Below are positions 51,015-64,000 of a stretch of DNA of 64,000 nucleotides, in pieces. The stretch comes from Octopus bimaculoides (taxonomy: Eukaryota). The position numbers and the translations under genes were made by a program. The stretch is taken from the NCBI RefSeq assembly GCF_001194135.2, contig NC_068989.1, positions 2,776,244-2,840,243 of the forward strand. The letters are read 5' to 3'. Positions within the stretch are counted from its first letter, which is position 1. The number at the start of each line of letters is the position of its first letter. The notes below the pieces were generated by a model. It worked only from the letters and a program-made list of their open reading frames with translations. It was not told where the DNA came from and did not search any database.

Positions 51015-51571
51015 GATGGCATTGGAGATGTATTGGGACTGAGGTGGGGGATGTTACTTAAGAGTGTAAGGGGAGATGTCTAGGGACGGGGAAGACATAG
51101 CTGTAGTAAGTGATGGTGAGAGAAAATGGAGTAGATAGGAATGGGAGCATGGTAGATATGTCATGGAGAGTGTGCAGATAGGCACATGTGGGAGAATGGA
51201 GGAACCTGCAGTAGGTGGTGATCATAGGTAGTGGGGTGGGGTGGTGTGGATGTTGGAAAGATGGGTTGTAAGGGTAAGGTAAATCTTCATTGATATTTGG
51301 GAACCATTCCTTTTTTGAAATCAATAATTAAGGTCTTGGAAAAAAGTCATTAAATAAGACGCTAAGTAATTCTCTGTTTAATAATAAATACTTATCCAGG
51401 ATATTTAATATGATGGTAGGAAAAAAATAATCTAACGAGTCATTTAATAAATGTCACAACATTCTATTCTTCTACTCCAATAAATAGGTCTTGTGCATGG
51501 TCAAGATGAAAAGGTTAACTGTGAGTATTATGAGAATCTAAGAGTTGAAGTACATTTGATCAAGGAAAGGC

Positions 51572-51616
<45 letters not shown>

Positions 51617-54096
51617 AATATATATAGAGAAAAAGAGAAATAGAGAGGTGGTTGCATCTTGTAAAGCATCTTCTGTAATAAAGAAGTAAAAATATATCAG
51701 ACAAGTATGGTTTGGCAGCCTATGTATTGGAATTGTATTATAAACTTTATTTCCATTCCTGGATAGCTACTGTGTTCTTTAATCTCTACCAAACAGTTCA
51801 ATATAGTGATTTCAATCTGACTGCATGACACCTTGAGCAAGTGTTGTTCTACTATAGCCCCAGGCTGACCAAAGCCTTGTAAGTGGATTTGATAGATAGA
51901 AATTGAAAGAAGCCTGTCATATATGTATGAGTGTGTATGTGTTTGTGTGCATGCATGCACACGCTTGTGTGTGCATGGTGTATGTGTAGGTGAGTATGTA
52001 CTCCTAGTCATCAACCCTTACGTTTGCTGATTGTAAACAATGGCCTTGCTGTTTCTGTGCAGACAGCACCCTTTGCTAGCAGTCCACTGTGAAAGCAGGT
52101 CAGGCTTCTTGACAAGTCACAATGTTGCATGATCTTTGTAAGCAAAAGGCTCATTCAAACAGTTTTTGTTTCCACTACTTGGCATAACCATGTGCAAGCT
52201 GCTTATTTGATAAACTGGGAGATTATTACCGTGCTTGGAAACGAGAGGGATTGCTATCAGAAGGGGTGTCCAGCCACAGAAAACCCTGCTCCAATATATT
52301 CATGTCTGATCCATGCATGCATGCAAAAGTAGACATAGAACAATGAAGATGATTTGAAGACATTAATGCTTTCAATGTTTCTCCATGCAGGTATGGTCAG
52401 ATGGTTGTTTGCAGATTACAACTTGCACGTTAACAATTTAATGATCATGTGCAATTAAAAAAAAATATTCATAACTAATAGTTCTTGGCAAGAGAAAACA
52501 AACAATAATTATTATCTAACTACAAAGACCGAACATCAGCCAACATAAGTCTAAAATACCATTAAGAAATTTGAGATATCGTTTTGAAGAAAAGGTCCAA
52601 AATACAGTGATTTTGTTGTGGTAAGCTGGAAATAGCTAAGCAAGCATAGCTGTTTTTGCAGAAATTGATTAAGAAGCAACATAATATTGCAGGAGACAGT
52701 CAAGTTGTCCACACAGCTGTTCCATAACAGAATATCATTAATAATGTTTTAGAGTTAACAAGACTAAATATATGGAAGATAAATGAATTTATAAAATGGG
52801 TAAAAAAAAAACAAAAAACATGAAAGCTTGCTAAATCAATGAAACAAGACCAAAAGAGTTAAAATTTTTGTAAGTGGCTAATTTAACTGACTGACTGAAT
52901 AGCTACATTTGATGTTTAATAGAATGTATGATGTGTACACAATTTACTACTAGCCTGTCCCTGGTGAGTAAATAGTAATAACATATTCAAGCCAACTAAA
53001 CAGGTCGTCAATGAAAACACAAAAGCTTTGCAATTTATTTTGTATATACAAATAAATGAAAAAAAGTTCTGATGAAAAAATTTGAAAATGTATATTATGC
53101 TAATAGTGTTAATCTTTATCTCCTCAATATAGACACATAAGCTACTTAAAATATTGGAAAAAATACCATGCTTAAATGGACCGTTTGCGTCTAATTGACA
53201 ATTCCGCTTATAAAGCAATGCATAAATTATGCAATTTCTCACACTGTCCTAATACTTCAAGTAATTCAAGAAAAAGAAAAAAAAAAAAAAAAAAAAAAAA
53301 AAAAGAAAAAAAACATAAGATTGTCATTAATTAAATCCTGAGAACCCTTTGAAAATGTATTATTTGTAAAATTAATATTCTGTTTTGACTATAGAGTAAG
53401 AAAAATTAAAACCCATCTTTTGACTGATGTTACTGTATTGTAGAAACATAAAGGCACTCTTCCCACCTGCTTGCATCTGTTAGATTTGCAAAATGCAACA
53501 TGAATTCCACCTTAGAGTACTTTTACTACAGAGACAGCTACAATTAAAACCAAAACTTAAACTGCAAAAGTACTTGTAGAATGAAATACTGCTTCCATAA
53601 TTTCTGAGCTTGTCTACAGTAGAACGCGCGCATGTGTGTGTATGTGGATACAGTGATATATTGAACTATATGTGAATTAATATAAAGACAATAACATACT
53701 TATTTTTAAAATAATTTTAGACTGAAGTGAAAGTATCAATATATTTATACTTCTTACATTTGTGAAGTAACTGTAATGCAACTTATCAATGAAAAGAATT
53801 TTGATAAAATATAACAAAAGCAAATATGGAACTCTTAAGAAAATAATTAAAAGCATGAAATCAAAAACATTTGATGAAAATTTTGTAAACACACTCACAC
53901 ACATATGCAAGAGTAACATTAAAAAATATAAAAAGTGAGACTATCGTCAGAAAATAATATTTACATGTTCTGTTGCAGCAAGATGGAAAATTGACGACAG
54001 CAGTCAATATTGAAGCCTCTCTGGAAACTGTAGTATTCTTTCAAGCAGAATAGGATAACCGCAAACTACTATCAGATATATATGTATATGTATATG

Positions 54097-54127
<31 letters not shown>

Positions 54128-54639
54128 TTAAGGAGACGAGTTGTAAGTCAATCAATCAGCTCTTGAAATTAGAATCAAGCAGTAAACAGACAGACAATGA
54201 GACTACTGAGAGCAATGAATTAAATTTTAAATGGAAGCCATCACAGGTGTCGAAATTGTCTGAAAAGATTTCATAACTTCCCATAAAAAGAGTGAGAGAA
54301 GAGGGGAAAGGGGAAAAGAAAGAAGAAAGGCTGTAAATTGATCCGGGGAGGCAAAGTTAGATATAAAGTGGAATAAATGACTCAAAGTTTTCAGAAAAAT
54401 CAGCATTTCATTATCATTTCAGGTTTAACCCTAAAATAAGGGAGCTTAGAAACTGCTGCCATTCAAACTTTTGTATCACTGTAATTTGTTTAAAACTAGA
54501 CGCACATACAGACACAAACATGAAACAGGGGAATATAATGAGCTGGCTGTCATGATATTGCACCACTAGGTGAGCAGCATGGCACTTGTGATAATACACC
54601 TCTAGGTTAGCAGCAGGCTTGCTGCGATGTAACATTACT

Positions 54640-56142
54640 CAGCAGCAAGATTTTGCAATGTTGCATTACTCAGTTAGCATCAAAGATGTCATGATGTTGC
54701 ATTTACTCAGCTTGCTGTGATGTTGCATTACTAAGTTAGCAGCAAGCTTGCTGCGATGTTGCATTACTAGGTTAGCAGCAAGCTTGCTGCGATGTTGCAT
54801 TACTAGGTTAGCAGCAAGCTTGCTGCAATGTTGCATTACTAAGTTTGCAGCAGGCTTGCTGTAATGTTGCATTACTACGTTAGCAGCAGGCTTGCTGTGA
54901 TGTTGCATTACTACGTTAGCAGCAAGCTTGCTGTAATGTTGCATTACTACGTTAGCAGCAGGCTTGCTGTAATGTTGCATTACTACGTTAGCAGCAGGCT
55001 TGCTGTAATGTTGCATTACTACGTTAGCAGCANNNNNNNNNNNNNNNNNNNNNNNNNNNNNNNNNNNNNNNNNNNNNNNNNNNNNNNNNNNNNNNNNNNN
55101 NNNNNNNNNNNNNNNNNNNNNNNNNNNNNNNNNNNNNNNNNNNNNNNNNNNNNNNNNNNNNNNNNNNNNNNNNNNNNNNNNNNNNNNNNNNNNNNNNNNN
55201 NNNNNNNNNNNNNNNNNNNNNNNNNNNNNNNNNNNNNNNNNNNNNNNNNNNNNNNNNNNNNNNNNNNNNNNNNNNNNNNNNNNNNNNNNNNNNNNNNNNN
55301 NNNNNNNNNNNNNNNNNNNNNNNNNNNNNNNNNNNNNNNNNNNNNNNNNNNNNNNNNNNNNNNNNNNNNNNNNNNNNNNNNNNNNNNNNNNNNNNNNNNN
55401 NNNNNNNNNNNNNNNNNNNNNNNNNNNNNNNNNNNNNNNNNNNNNNNNNNNNNNNNNNNNNNNNNNNNNNNNNNNNNNNNNNNNNNNNNNNNNNNNNNNN
55501 NNNNNNNNNNNNNNNNNNNNNNNNNNNNNNNNNNNNNNNNNNNNNNNNNNNNNNNNNNNNNNNNNNNNNNNNNNNNNNNNNNNNNNNNNNNNNNNNNNNN
55601 NNNNNNNNNNNNNNNNNNNNNNNNNNNNNNNNNNNNNNNNNNNNNNNNNNNNNNNNNNNNNNNNNNNNNNNNNNNNNNNNNNNNNNNNNNNNNNNNNNNN
55701 NNNNNNNNNNNNNNNNNNNNNNNNNNNNNNNNNNNNNNNNNNNNNNNNNNNNNNNNNNNNNNNNNNNNNNNNNNNNNNNNNGTTAGCAGCAGGCTTGCTG
55801 TGATGTTGCATTACTACGTTAGCAGCAGGCTTGCTGTGATGTTGCATTACTACGTTAGCAGCAAGCTTGCTGTGATGTTGCATTACTACGTTAGCAGCAG
55901 GCTTGCTGTAATGTTGCATTACTACGTTAGCAGCAGGCTTGCTGTAATGTTGCATTACTACGTTAGCAGCAAGCTTGCTGTGATGTTGCATTACTACGTT
56001 AGCAGCAAGCTTGCTGTGATGTTGCATTACTACGTTAGCAGTAAGATTGTTGCAACACTGCATTACTAAGATAGCCACAAGATTGTTGCAACATTACATT
56101 ACTAAGATAGCATCAAAGATGTCATGACGTTGCATTTACTCA
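54640..56142. repeat. 36-bp minisatellite array (consensus gttagcagca(a/g)gcttgctgt(a/g)atgttgcattactac), interrupted by a 749-N gap
   Basis: 12-residue periodicity in ORFs on both strands; contiguous units without spacers; degenerate edges. Confidence 0.95.
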
Positions 56143-57934
56143 GTGAGCCAGTACCTCATACTTATCAGAGCTGGTTGGTTTGATATCACCACTAATCACA
56201 CAGCTCCAGCTCATTTCTCTCACCTTCTCTCATCAATCATAATATATTCACTCATCCATGCATTAACTATTATGCCTGGTCCTTCCTTTCAGAATATAGA
56301 TGTTGCCCATGGTTTTCCAGCAGCTGTCAACCTGCAACTGTTTAAGGGAAAAAGTCACTTCATCATTTGCTCTGGCCCCTACAGGTCCACATAGGCCATT
56401 GATACAGGCTCTGTTCCAATCATAAAAGCAATGGTTTTTATGGCTGGGGTGGAGCCTCTTCTGAATACTGTTAGGAGTGCCAGATTTCCTAAATGTAGTG
56501 TTTTCACTATAACTGAGAAATAAATACATAGTCAGGCCACTAAGATAATCTATTTATCCAATCATTCAGTATTTCATTTGTTTATTGTGCAGATAGCAAA
56601 CAATAGTGTTATCAGTCACAGATTCCCAAAACCCATCTGCTGGTTCACTGCGTTTCTGACAATAAGACTGATAAGAGATTGTCTAAACTAACATAGAATA
56701 AATATCCCAAGGGGATTCATTTGTGAAGCATTATTTTTTTGTTTTTCTCACTAATACCAGTAGAATATATAGCTTTCTTTTGAGCTCTAGGACTACAAAT
56801 ATAGAGGGCTGTGTGGTTAGGGTATTGCACCCATAGCATTATATTGTCCACAAAATGCACAATATAAAAAATAATATCTGAATTCATCATCATAATCGTT
56901 TAACATCGGTCTGCCATGCATGCATGGGTAGGACTGTTGACAGGAACCAGCCAGGTAGGAAACTACCTTAGGCTACTATGTCTGTTTTGGGAGGGTTTTT
57001 ACAACTGGATGCCCTTCCTATCACCAACCAATCTGCAGAGTGGACTCAATGCTTTTTTACGTGGCACCAGCACAGGTGAGGTTAGTTTTGGCATGATTTA
57101 TACAGCTGGATGCCCTTCCAAATGCCAACCACTTTACAGTGTGGACTGGATACATTTTATGTGGCACAAACACTGGCAGGGTCATCAAATAACTTGCAAG
57201 ACAAGGAATTATGAGAGGGGCAGGAGCATTTGAGGAGAGAAACTTAAGATGAAAGGTTAGTGTGACACAAAGACAGAGAGGCAAAAACAGGTGTCTTGCT
57301 ATAATGGAAGGGGCATCGATTTTGTAAACATTTGATTCAGCTTATTGAGATTATTGTTGTGCATGGGATGAGCTAAGTTAAAGATTATAGTTTACTAGGC
57401 TTCCTATAGTTACATCTTAAATAGCAAGCTGTTGTTTTATTGGTTGGGCCATTGCACGGAAGAGAACTGTCTCGTGAAAAGTCAATATTATTTAGGTTTT
57501 TTTTCCCCATAATTGAAGCAAATTTGAATTTGATAAGATCAAGTATACCATATAAATAGAATATTCATTTTCCCATTCCAAGTATAGTCTTTAATATTCA
57601 AATTTAACAACTCGTATATAGCTATTTCAAATTTACTTGAATCTCATCAGAATAAGGTAATTGAGGATTTCTTATTACTGTAGTCAATGGCATACAAGAT
57701 GGCACTTTTCAAGAAAAAAAAAAAAAAAACCACCCTGGAGTCTATAGGCAAAGTCGAACCATTTATAAGCTCTAATGCACTTAAATTGGGGTACCCATGT
57801 ATCTTTTATGCTATCAAATATGATATACTATAATATTTTGCTACATGGAGATAGAAAGAAAATTTTAGTAAAGAGAGAAGATATATGAAAGCCTTTCACC
57901 AGTTATTGGTTTTTTGGTCATAGTTCATTAGTTG

Positions 57935-57986
<52 letters not shown>

Positions 57987-59089
57987 TGGAAGTAATCTAA
58001 ATTTACATACAGTCTAAGAAGAACAGTCTCATTTAAGTAGAAATGTGCATAAAAATATAGAAATGAAAAATGTTATAGCTTCTATTTTTATCGCCAATAC
58101 AAACATTAATCTATAATATCAATAGTGTCCAGCTGTCGACTGGCATTCCAGCCACAACCGTTTCACCATCTTTCTTGGCATATTGTATCTAGGATAAATT
58201 TATCCTGAATATTTAACCATTCTGAACACAGAACCATCGCAAAACACTGACGTAAGCGAGAACATCCTACTGTACTAAGTTTAACTTTTTAGCATATAAC
58301 CTAGCCATATCCGGCCCAAATATTCTACCTCTTCTATGTTCAAATTGGCCAGGTCTGGCCTGCAATGTCATTCTAAAATATAAACAGTCACATCATCAAA
58401 ATCTTGGAGCTACAAGATAATGCAAGATTAATTCAAATAAAAGTTTGGCTAAGCAAAAATTATATCTGTTAACACAGTGTGTTACATAAAACTTTGGTAA
58501 TGTATCCTCTTGTATCAAGACAATATAAGCAGGGATCAAAGATTCTTCAGGTAAGACCAAAGTTATGACAACACGACATAAATGACTGCCTAGCCCTAAT
58601 AAAATTGCAATAAGCAGTGCTGCCAACTGATACCTGGGCCAGCAGATGCAACTACAGTAGGGGTAGAAACCAGCACAAACTACTTTACTTTGAGTAGTCA
58701 GCTGCTAAATTGCTAGATGCTGCACAATTTTTTTTTTTTTGTATCTTCACCTTTTGTTTTCTCTTTTGCGTACTGCAATATCTTGGGTCCTACCTTAAGA
58801 CCATTGATCCCAGCTTTGTTCTGACATCTGAGGCTACATTACTGAAACTCAATGTACTGCATGTGTGTTAAGAGGAAAGAGTCTTCTTCCTTGGCCAAAC
58901 TGGTCTTGAGTTAAACGCTTTTCTTAACTTCTGTTTCATTTACTTTGAGTGTAAAATTAAAAGCAAAGCAAAAAATTGTTTTTTCTTTTAATTTCATGAA
59001 ATACTTAACACTGCATACTTGCTGTACTGAGAATCTGCCTCTGTTCTCTAATTGTGATTTTATGTTGTTAATTATTTCTTGCTTTGTGA

Positions 59090-59227
59090 TCATGTGGATT
59101 TTGGGTTCAGTTCCACTAGGTGGCACTTTGGGTAAGTGTCTTCTACTATAGTCCCAGGCTGAACAATGCCCTGTAAGGGAATTTGGTAGATGGAAACTGT
59201 GTGTGTGTGTGTGTGTGTGCATGTATG

Positions 59228-59285
<58 letters not shown>

Positions 59286-59420
59286 TGTCCACTCCTTCCA
59301 CCACCTGACAATTGGTGTTGTTTTGTTTATATCCTTGTAGCTTAGCAGTTTGGCAAAAGAGACTGATAGAATAAGTACCAAACCTTAAAAAATAAGTGCT
59401 GGGGGCAATTTGATTGACTA
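59090..59420 (+). mobile_element. Family-C SINE with internal (GT)n
   Basis: gggttcagttccact...cttctactatagtcccaggctg...ggaaactgtgtg...aataagtacc. Confidence 0.8.
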
Positions 59421-59425
59421 AAACA

Positions 59426-59463
<38 letters not shown>

Positions 59464-62400
59464 TCTTTCCACTTCCCAGTTTCTCTGCTTGTTCCGATGT
59501 GTGCCCAAACCAAAGCAACACCACCCAGAGAAACCTCAAACTTGCCTGCACTCCCAATATCCATTACAGGATATTGTTGCAACATGCTATTCTTGAAATT
59601 AAAGTTCTCGTTCAACTTTCCTGTTTATCTTTCCAAGATAATGAAATAAGTACCAGTATTATACACTGGAATTAAGTAATTAGAGACATTGTCTCTGTAA
59701 GAAATTAATAAAGATTGCAAAGAAATGACATGTTAATGAGAATGATAAGCAGACTGGAAGGTAGAATTTGTGTTAGAGATATCCCATGCACTAATAAAGG
59801 TTATGATGACATGATTCAAAGGTTAAGGTAATTTACCCATAATTTGATTAATTTGATAGAATTTAGCTCTCATATAAAGCTACAGTTATCTAGATGAAGA
59901 GAAAAGCTACATCACTAATCAGAAACTAAAATTAATAGTAACATAACTGTCTTGTATGAATGAAGCTTCTGGCTAATTTTCTTCGTGATAATTAGGGTAA
60001 TTTGGAAATATTTAACTCTTGATACCATCTCTGGTTCCATTATACACAATTTCTTGTTTTAAAATATTCATATTTAGATTAAAACATTCCATATAAATTT
60101 TATTGTAAGAATTATTCATGTTCTATGCAGTGAGTAAATAATGAAAACATTTGACTAAATATTACTAAATTCTTACGTGAATAGTGTGTAAGATTTTGAG
60201 TAAAATACCTTTTTTTTTAAGGTACAGGTTAAACTACAAAATAAATAAATAAAACTTCATAATAAGAAAAATAAATCCAAGTAATTTTTTGTGATAATTT
60301 TATAATCCGTTAGATAAGAAATCTTAGAAACATATAGAGAGAAAATATGAAGAAGAACAGATCAGAAAATGTAAAAAAGTTATTAAATACAGATGGACTA
60401 GTAGGATGAGGATATAAATGTGATTGAAACAAAGTTTCTAAAAGGCAATATTCTATTAGAATGAATAGAAAAGTGCCTCAGGAAATATTTTTTCTCCTCT
60501 TTTCACAGTATTTGCAATAAATTGGTCTAAGAAAAAAATAAGATCATTTTATAGATTATCTCTAATATATAATAAATGAATATCCAAGATGAATATAATA
60601 AAAAGATGGAATAGAAGTTTGCTTGCTAGTTAGCCAGTTGGTAATTTACTTAGCTATTCCTCCTCTTACTATTCTGTAGTGAGTTATAGCCAGCCAGAAA
60701 ATGATAAGGTTCTGTTTATCAAGGCAAAAGATATGCTGCTGCAGACAGCCTAACTTTATGATCAAAACCCACCTTTATGTTACTCGGGTGAGAACATCTT
60801 GTATTGCAACTTACCAAATCTATGAATAGCTTAGCACTATTTTGACAATGGAGGTACATAACCTAGAATATGTGTGTGTGTGAGAGAGAGAGTATGTGTG
60901 TGTTCAAAGCAATGAATTAAGAAAACCCAATATATACAAGAATCTGTACTTTAGAGAAAATTTACTTCAGACTGTTTGTAAAATACACATAGCTACAGTC
61001 GAACAGAATGATTTAGAAAAATTACTTTTCTAACAGAAGTGATAAAATAGAATAACCAAGTCATCCACAGAAAGTAAATATTTCAAATTTAATGTTTCCA
61101 TGTTATTTATTTTTTCTGCCCTTTTTTTTTTATATGTTGGATTAAGAACGTTCCTATAAAATATTGTAAGACAGTGAAGTTATTAAATTAACATCCTAAG
61201 ATTCTCTAGCTTTGACAACATTTTCATGCAACACACACACACACACACACACACACAGGTTTACTTATCTATCTATCTAAATAAACAAATTTATAAGACA
61301 AATTAAATAAGAGATTTGCAATGAAACATTTGTAAAGTAACTACAATCTCAAAATCTCAAACACTAAAATTTTTATTGGGTGTAAGTTTACAATTACAAT
61401 TTGAATAAGTTACAACCTGATTGACTGAAATCTGTTACAATCTATAATTAATATCAATAGGACTAAGGGATTAACACAGAAGACGCTTAACTAGACTAGC
61501 TACTTTGCTGTAGCCAATATAGAGTATCACATTTCTAAGTTCAAACTCTGCCAAGGTAATAATACATTGAGATTGTAGAAGAGAGAGAGAGAGAAATATA
61601 AAAATAAAGAGAAACACTGAAGGCATTATATGTTATATAAGTTTGAAATGTACAAAATAATTCAGTCCTGGTGTATTTTCAATGGTGTTTGAATGAAATG
61701 TCAATAGTTTAAATATTTCAACAATGGGAAGAGTTTTAAGCCGATAAGGGAAAATATGCAGTTGTTGGAATTTAAAAGAATCTCAGCACGACTATCCTTT
61801 TATGAAACGTAAATAAGAGGATAGGAAATGTGAGAAGAGAAAAAGATTGACAAAGTAGCAACAGCAAACGCTTATGATAATCTGAATGGTCAATAACCGA
61901 AAGGTCCCATAAAGCACATCAATAAATATCAGTCTAAAAGCATTCAATTGTGATGCAGAATATTACATCACTATACTAAAAAGAAAGAAAGGAAAAGAAA
62001 ATATATATAGAGTAATACCATAATTTACCACCCACAAACACTGGAGACTTTTCTAAAATATTAATTATTGTTACATTTATAATTTTAAAATATTGATCCC
62101 AATCTGTTATGCAGCAATTTCTAAACAGTATTGCCATTAATCTAACCAATATTATTACAAACATGAAACCAAGAATTATTCAATATCTTAACTAAGAAAA
62201 TAATAATTTTACAGGACAATAAAGTTGCCAACATATCTAACATGTAAACATCAATATTGTACGGATGTTTTGTTAAAGCAAGCAACATACAGTGCAGCTG
62301 TAGTATTCCACTGTTGTTAACAGACGAGGATAGAAAGAAAAACTAATGCAGAATAAGACGTAGAAACTAACATAGCAATCAGTAAGAAGAGAAGTAATAT

Positions 62401-64000
62401 TCTACACTGGCAATCGACTGGTCACCTGCTTGTAGCATATGACAGATAAGGTGAGTGGGAGGGAAGGAGAAAGAGAAAAAAAAAAACAATGAGTGAGAGA
62501 TGAGAGAGAACTAAGAGAAAAGATGATGAAACTAGTCAATGAAAGTTAAGACAGAAAAAGCATATTAACTAATAATAAATAAACATTCTGGAACTAAAGA
62601 GGAACTCCTGTTATTAGCCTACCTTGTTCATAATCCAGTACACTAGGTGGATGGTCTTCTTCAGAAGCCTTTTCGGTAATAAATTTGAGGATACCCTTAC
62701 ATATTATTACCAGCACTGCCATGATTTCTTACTGCAGATAACTGGAAGAGTCCAACTGAGAGAGTAAGAAGGGGAAGCATAGCAAGAGCCAATACAGGCT
62801 TGAGCTATTGTCCTTAACTGAACAGAAAAATGTACTTAAAAGATTCAGAGGGGGATGGTTAGAATGTTAGTTTCTAAAGAATGATAAGCACCGAAGAATA
62901 TGAGAACCGAGTTAAATAACTAGAAACAATAATATGAAGTTGGAAAACAAAATCAGAATACAAGACCACACTAATAACTGTAATGATTAAGATAGCAATA
63001 AAATGTGATGTGAAAAACTCATATTATGATGAAAGAGTTACCACACATGCATCTTTACTGATAAATATATTCTTGAAGTGTCTCAACATTAAAAAAAAAA
63101 TTAAGATTCATACTTTGTAAAAAAAAACAATTTATATTTAAATGTTTATAAATTTAATTAAACCTGACATTATCAAGATTTGAAACGCTCTTATGAAGAC
63201 TAAATGAATGCTGAAATTATTATTAATTTCAAGTAAACAGCCTAGATCAATCAACTGCCCCCCATATGAAAACCCTGTTAAGTGACAAGCTCTCAATTGT
63301 AAAACTAATCAAGAATGATATAAAAATAAAACAACAAAAAACTATAATACCACCTTTTCATTGAAAAAAAAGAATGGCATGATTTTGGACTTTATCTGTA
63401 ACTACTGTAATAAATAGGTCATTTAAAAACAAAAAAAAAGCCCTTAATGGTATAAATATGGGCCTTGGACAGCCTGCCCCAGCTGTAAGTTTCTTTCTTA
63501 TGCATGTCTACTTTTAAGGTACCAAAAGTAAAAACCTTTCATAAAATATTTCTATATATTTATATGGGTTAGACAACACTTAATATTCCCACATTAATTG
63601 CACTAGTGCAGAACAAGAATAATAAGTCAAACCAACAGGGGAAACTATGTGGTAATCTGAAACAGCAGCCAATAATTTTCATACTGCACCTTGGCATTAA
63701 AAAAAATGGAAAGACACAATATACATTTAGAGATATCATATCAAAAGAAGAGGTGGGGGGGGGGACAGCAACCCAGAATGGTCACAACTGGAATGCTGGC
63801 CTGGGTCAAAAATAATAAGAACTTTGTCAGGACAGAATATTTTTCATAATCAAAATGTAGATAAGGTAAAGGGAAGTAACAAGGAAGTGTGTTAAGAGAT
63901 GAATGTAGCTAGGATAATGAACATGATGGCATCAGTTGGTATTGCAGAGAATACCATGCACAGATTAAATGCAGTAAGATTGAGAGTAAATGCTTGGGGG

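Noticed and set aside
54666-56078. 470-aa and 401-aa repeat-protein ORFs
   Set aside because: They arise from a 36-bp unit plus an N-gap, are open on both strands, and lack splice or promoter support
54640-56142. CRISPR array (36-bp palindromic repeats)
   Set aside because: Units are contiguous with no unique spacers, there are no cas genes, and the context is a eukaryotic intron
56263-56529. Upstream PRKAG exon in an 88-aa ORF with a strong acceptor
   Set aside because: Overlaps a decayed family-D repeat; no convincing donor or homology

Overview
AT-rich, repeat-dense eukaryotic DNA from a draft assembly with five N-gaps. The SINE/MITE families look like Octopus (inference from repeat families). 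I reconstructed by hand one clear protein-coding gene on the minus strand: AMP-activated protein kinase gamma subunit (PRKAG/SNF4Agamma). It has 11 coding exons at 45201->33795 (313 codons, all four CBS domains, GT-AG introns, phases consistent). Its N-terminal exon(s) were not identified, and phase-compatible candidate alternative C-terminal exons lie at 28.9-30.9 kb. A second minus-strand gene appears to start at a CpG-rich promoter (~22.3-22.45 kb) with a 48-codon polyP/polyQ first exon; I could not find its downstream exons with confidence. The rest is tRNA-derived SINEs, hAT-like, piggyBac-like and fold-back MITEs, a decayed Ty3/Gypsy RT, a 5'-truncated L1/Tx1 LINE with TSDs, a 36-bp palindromic minisatellite and many microsatellites. 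No CRISPR, rRNA or functional tRNA. The most interesting hypothesis: an inverted MITE pair brackets exactly the ten CBS-encoding exons, which would back-splice into a stop-free, in-frame 915-nt circle. This is untested inference.
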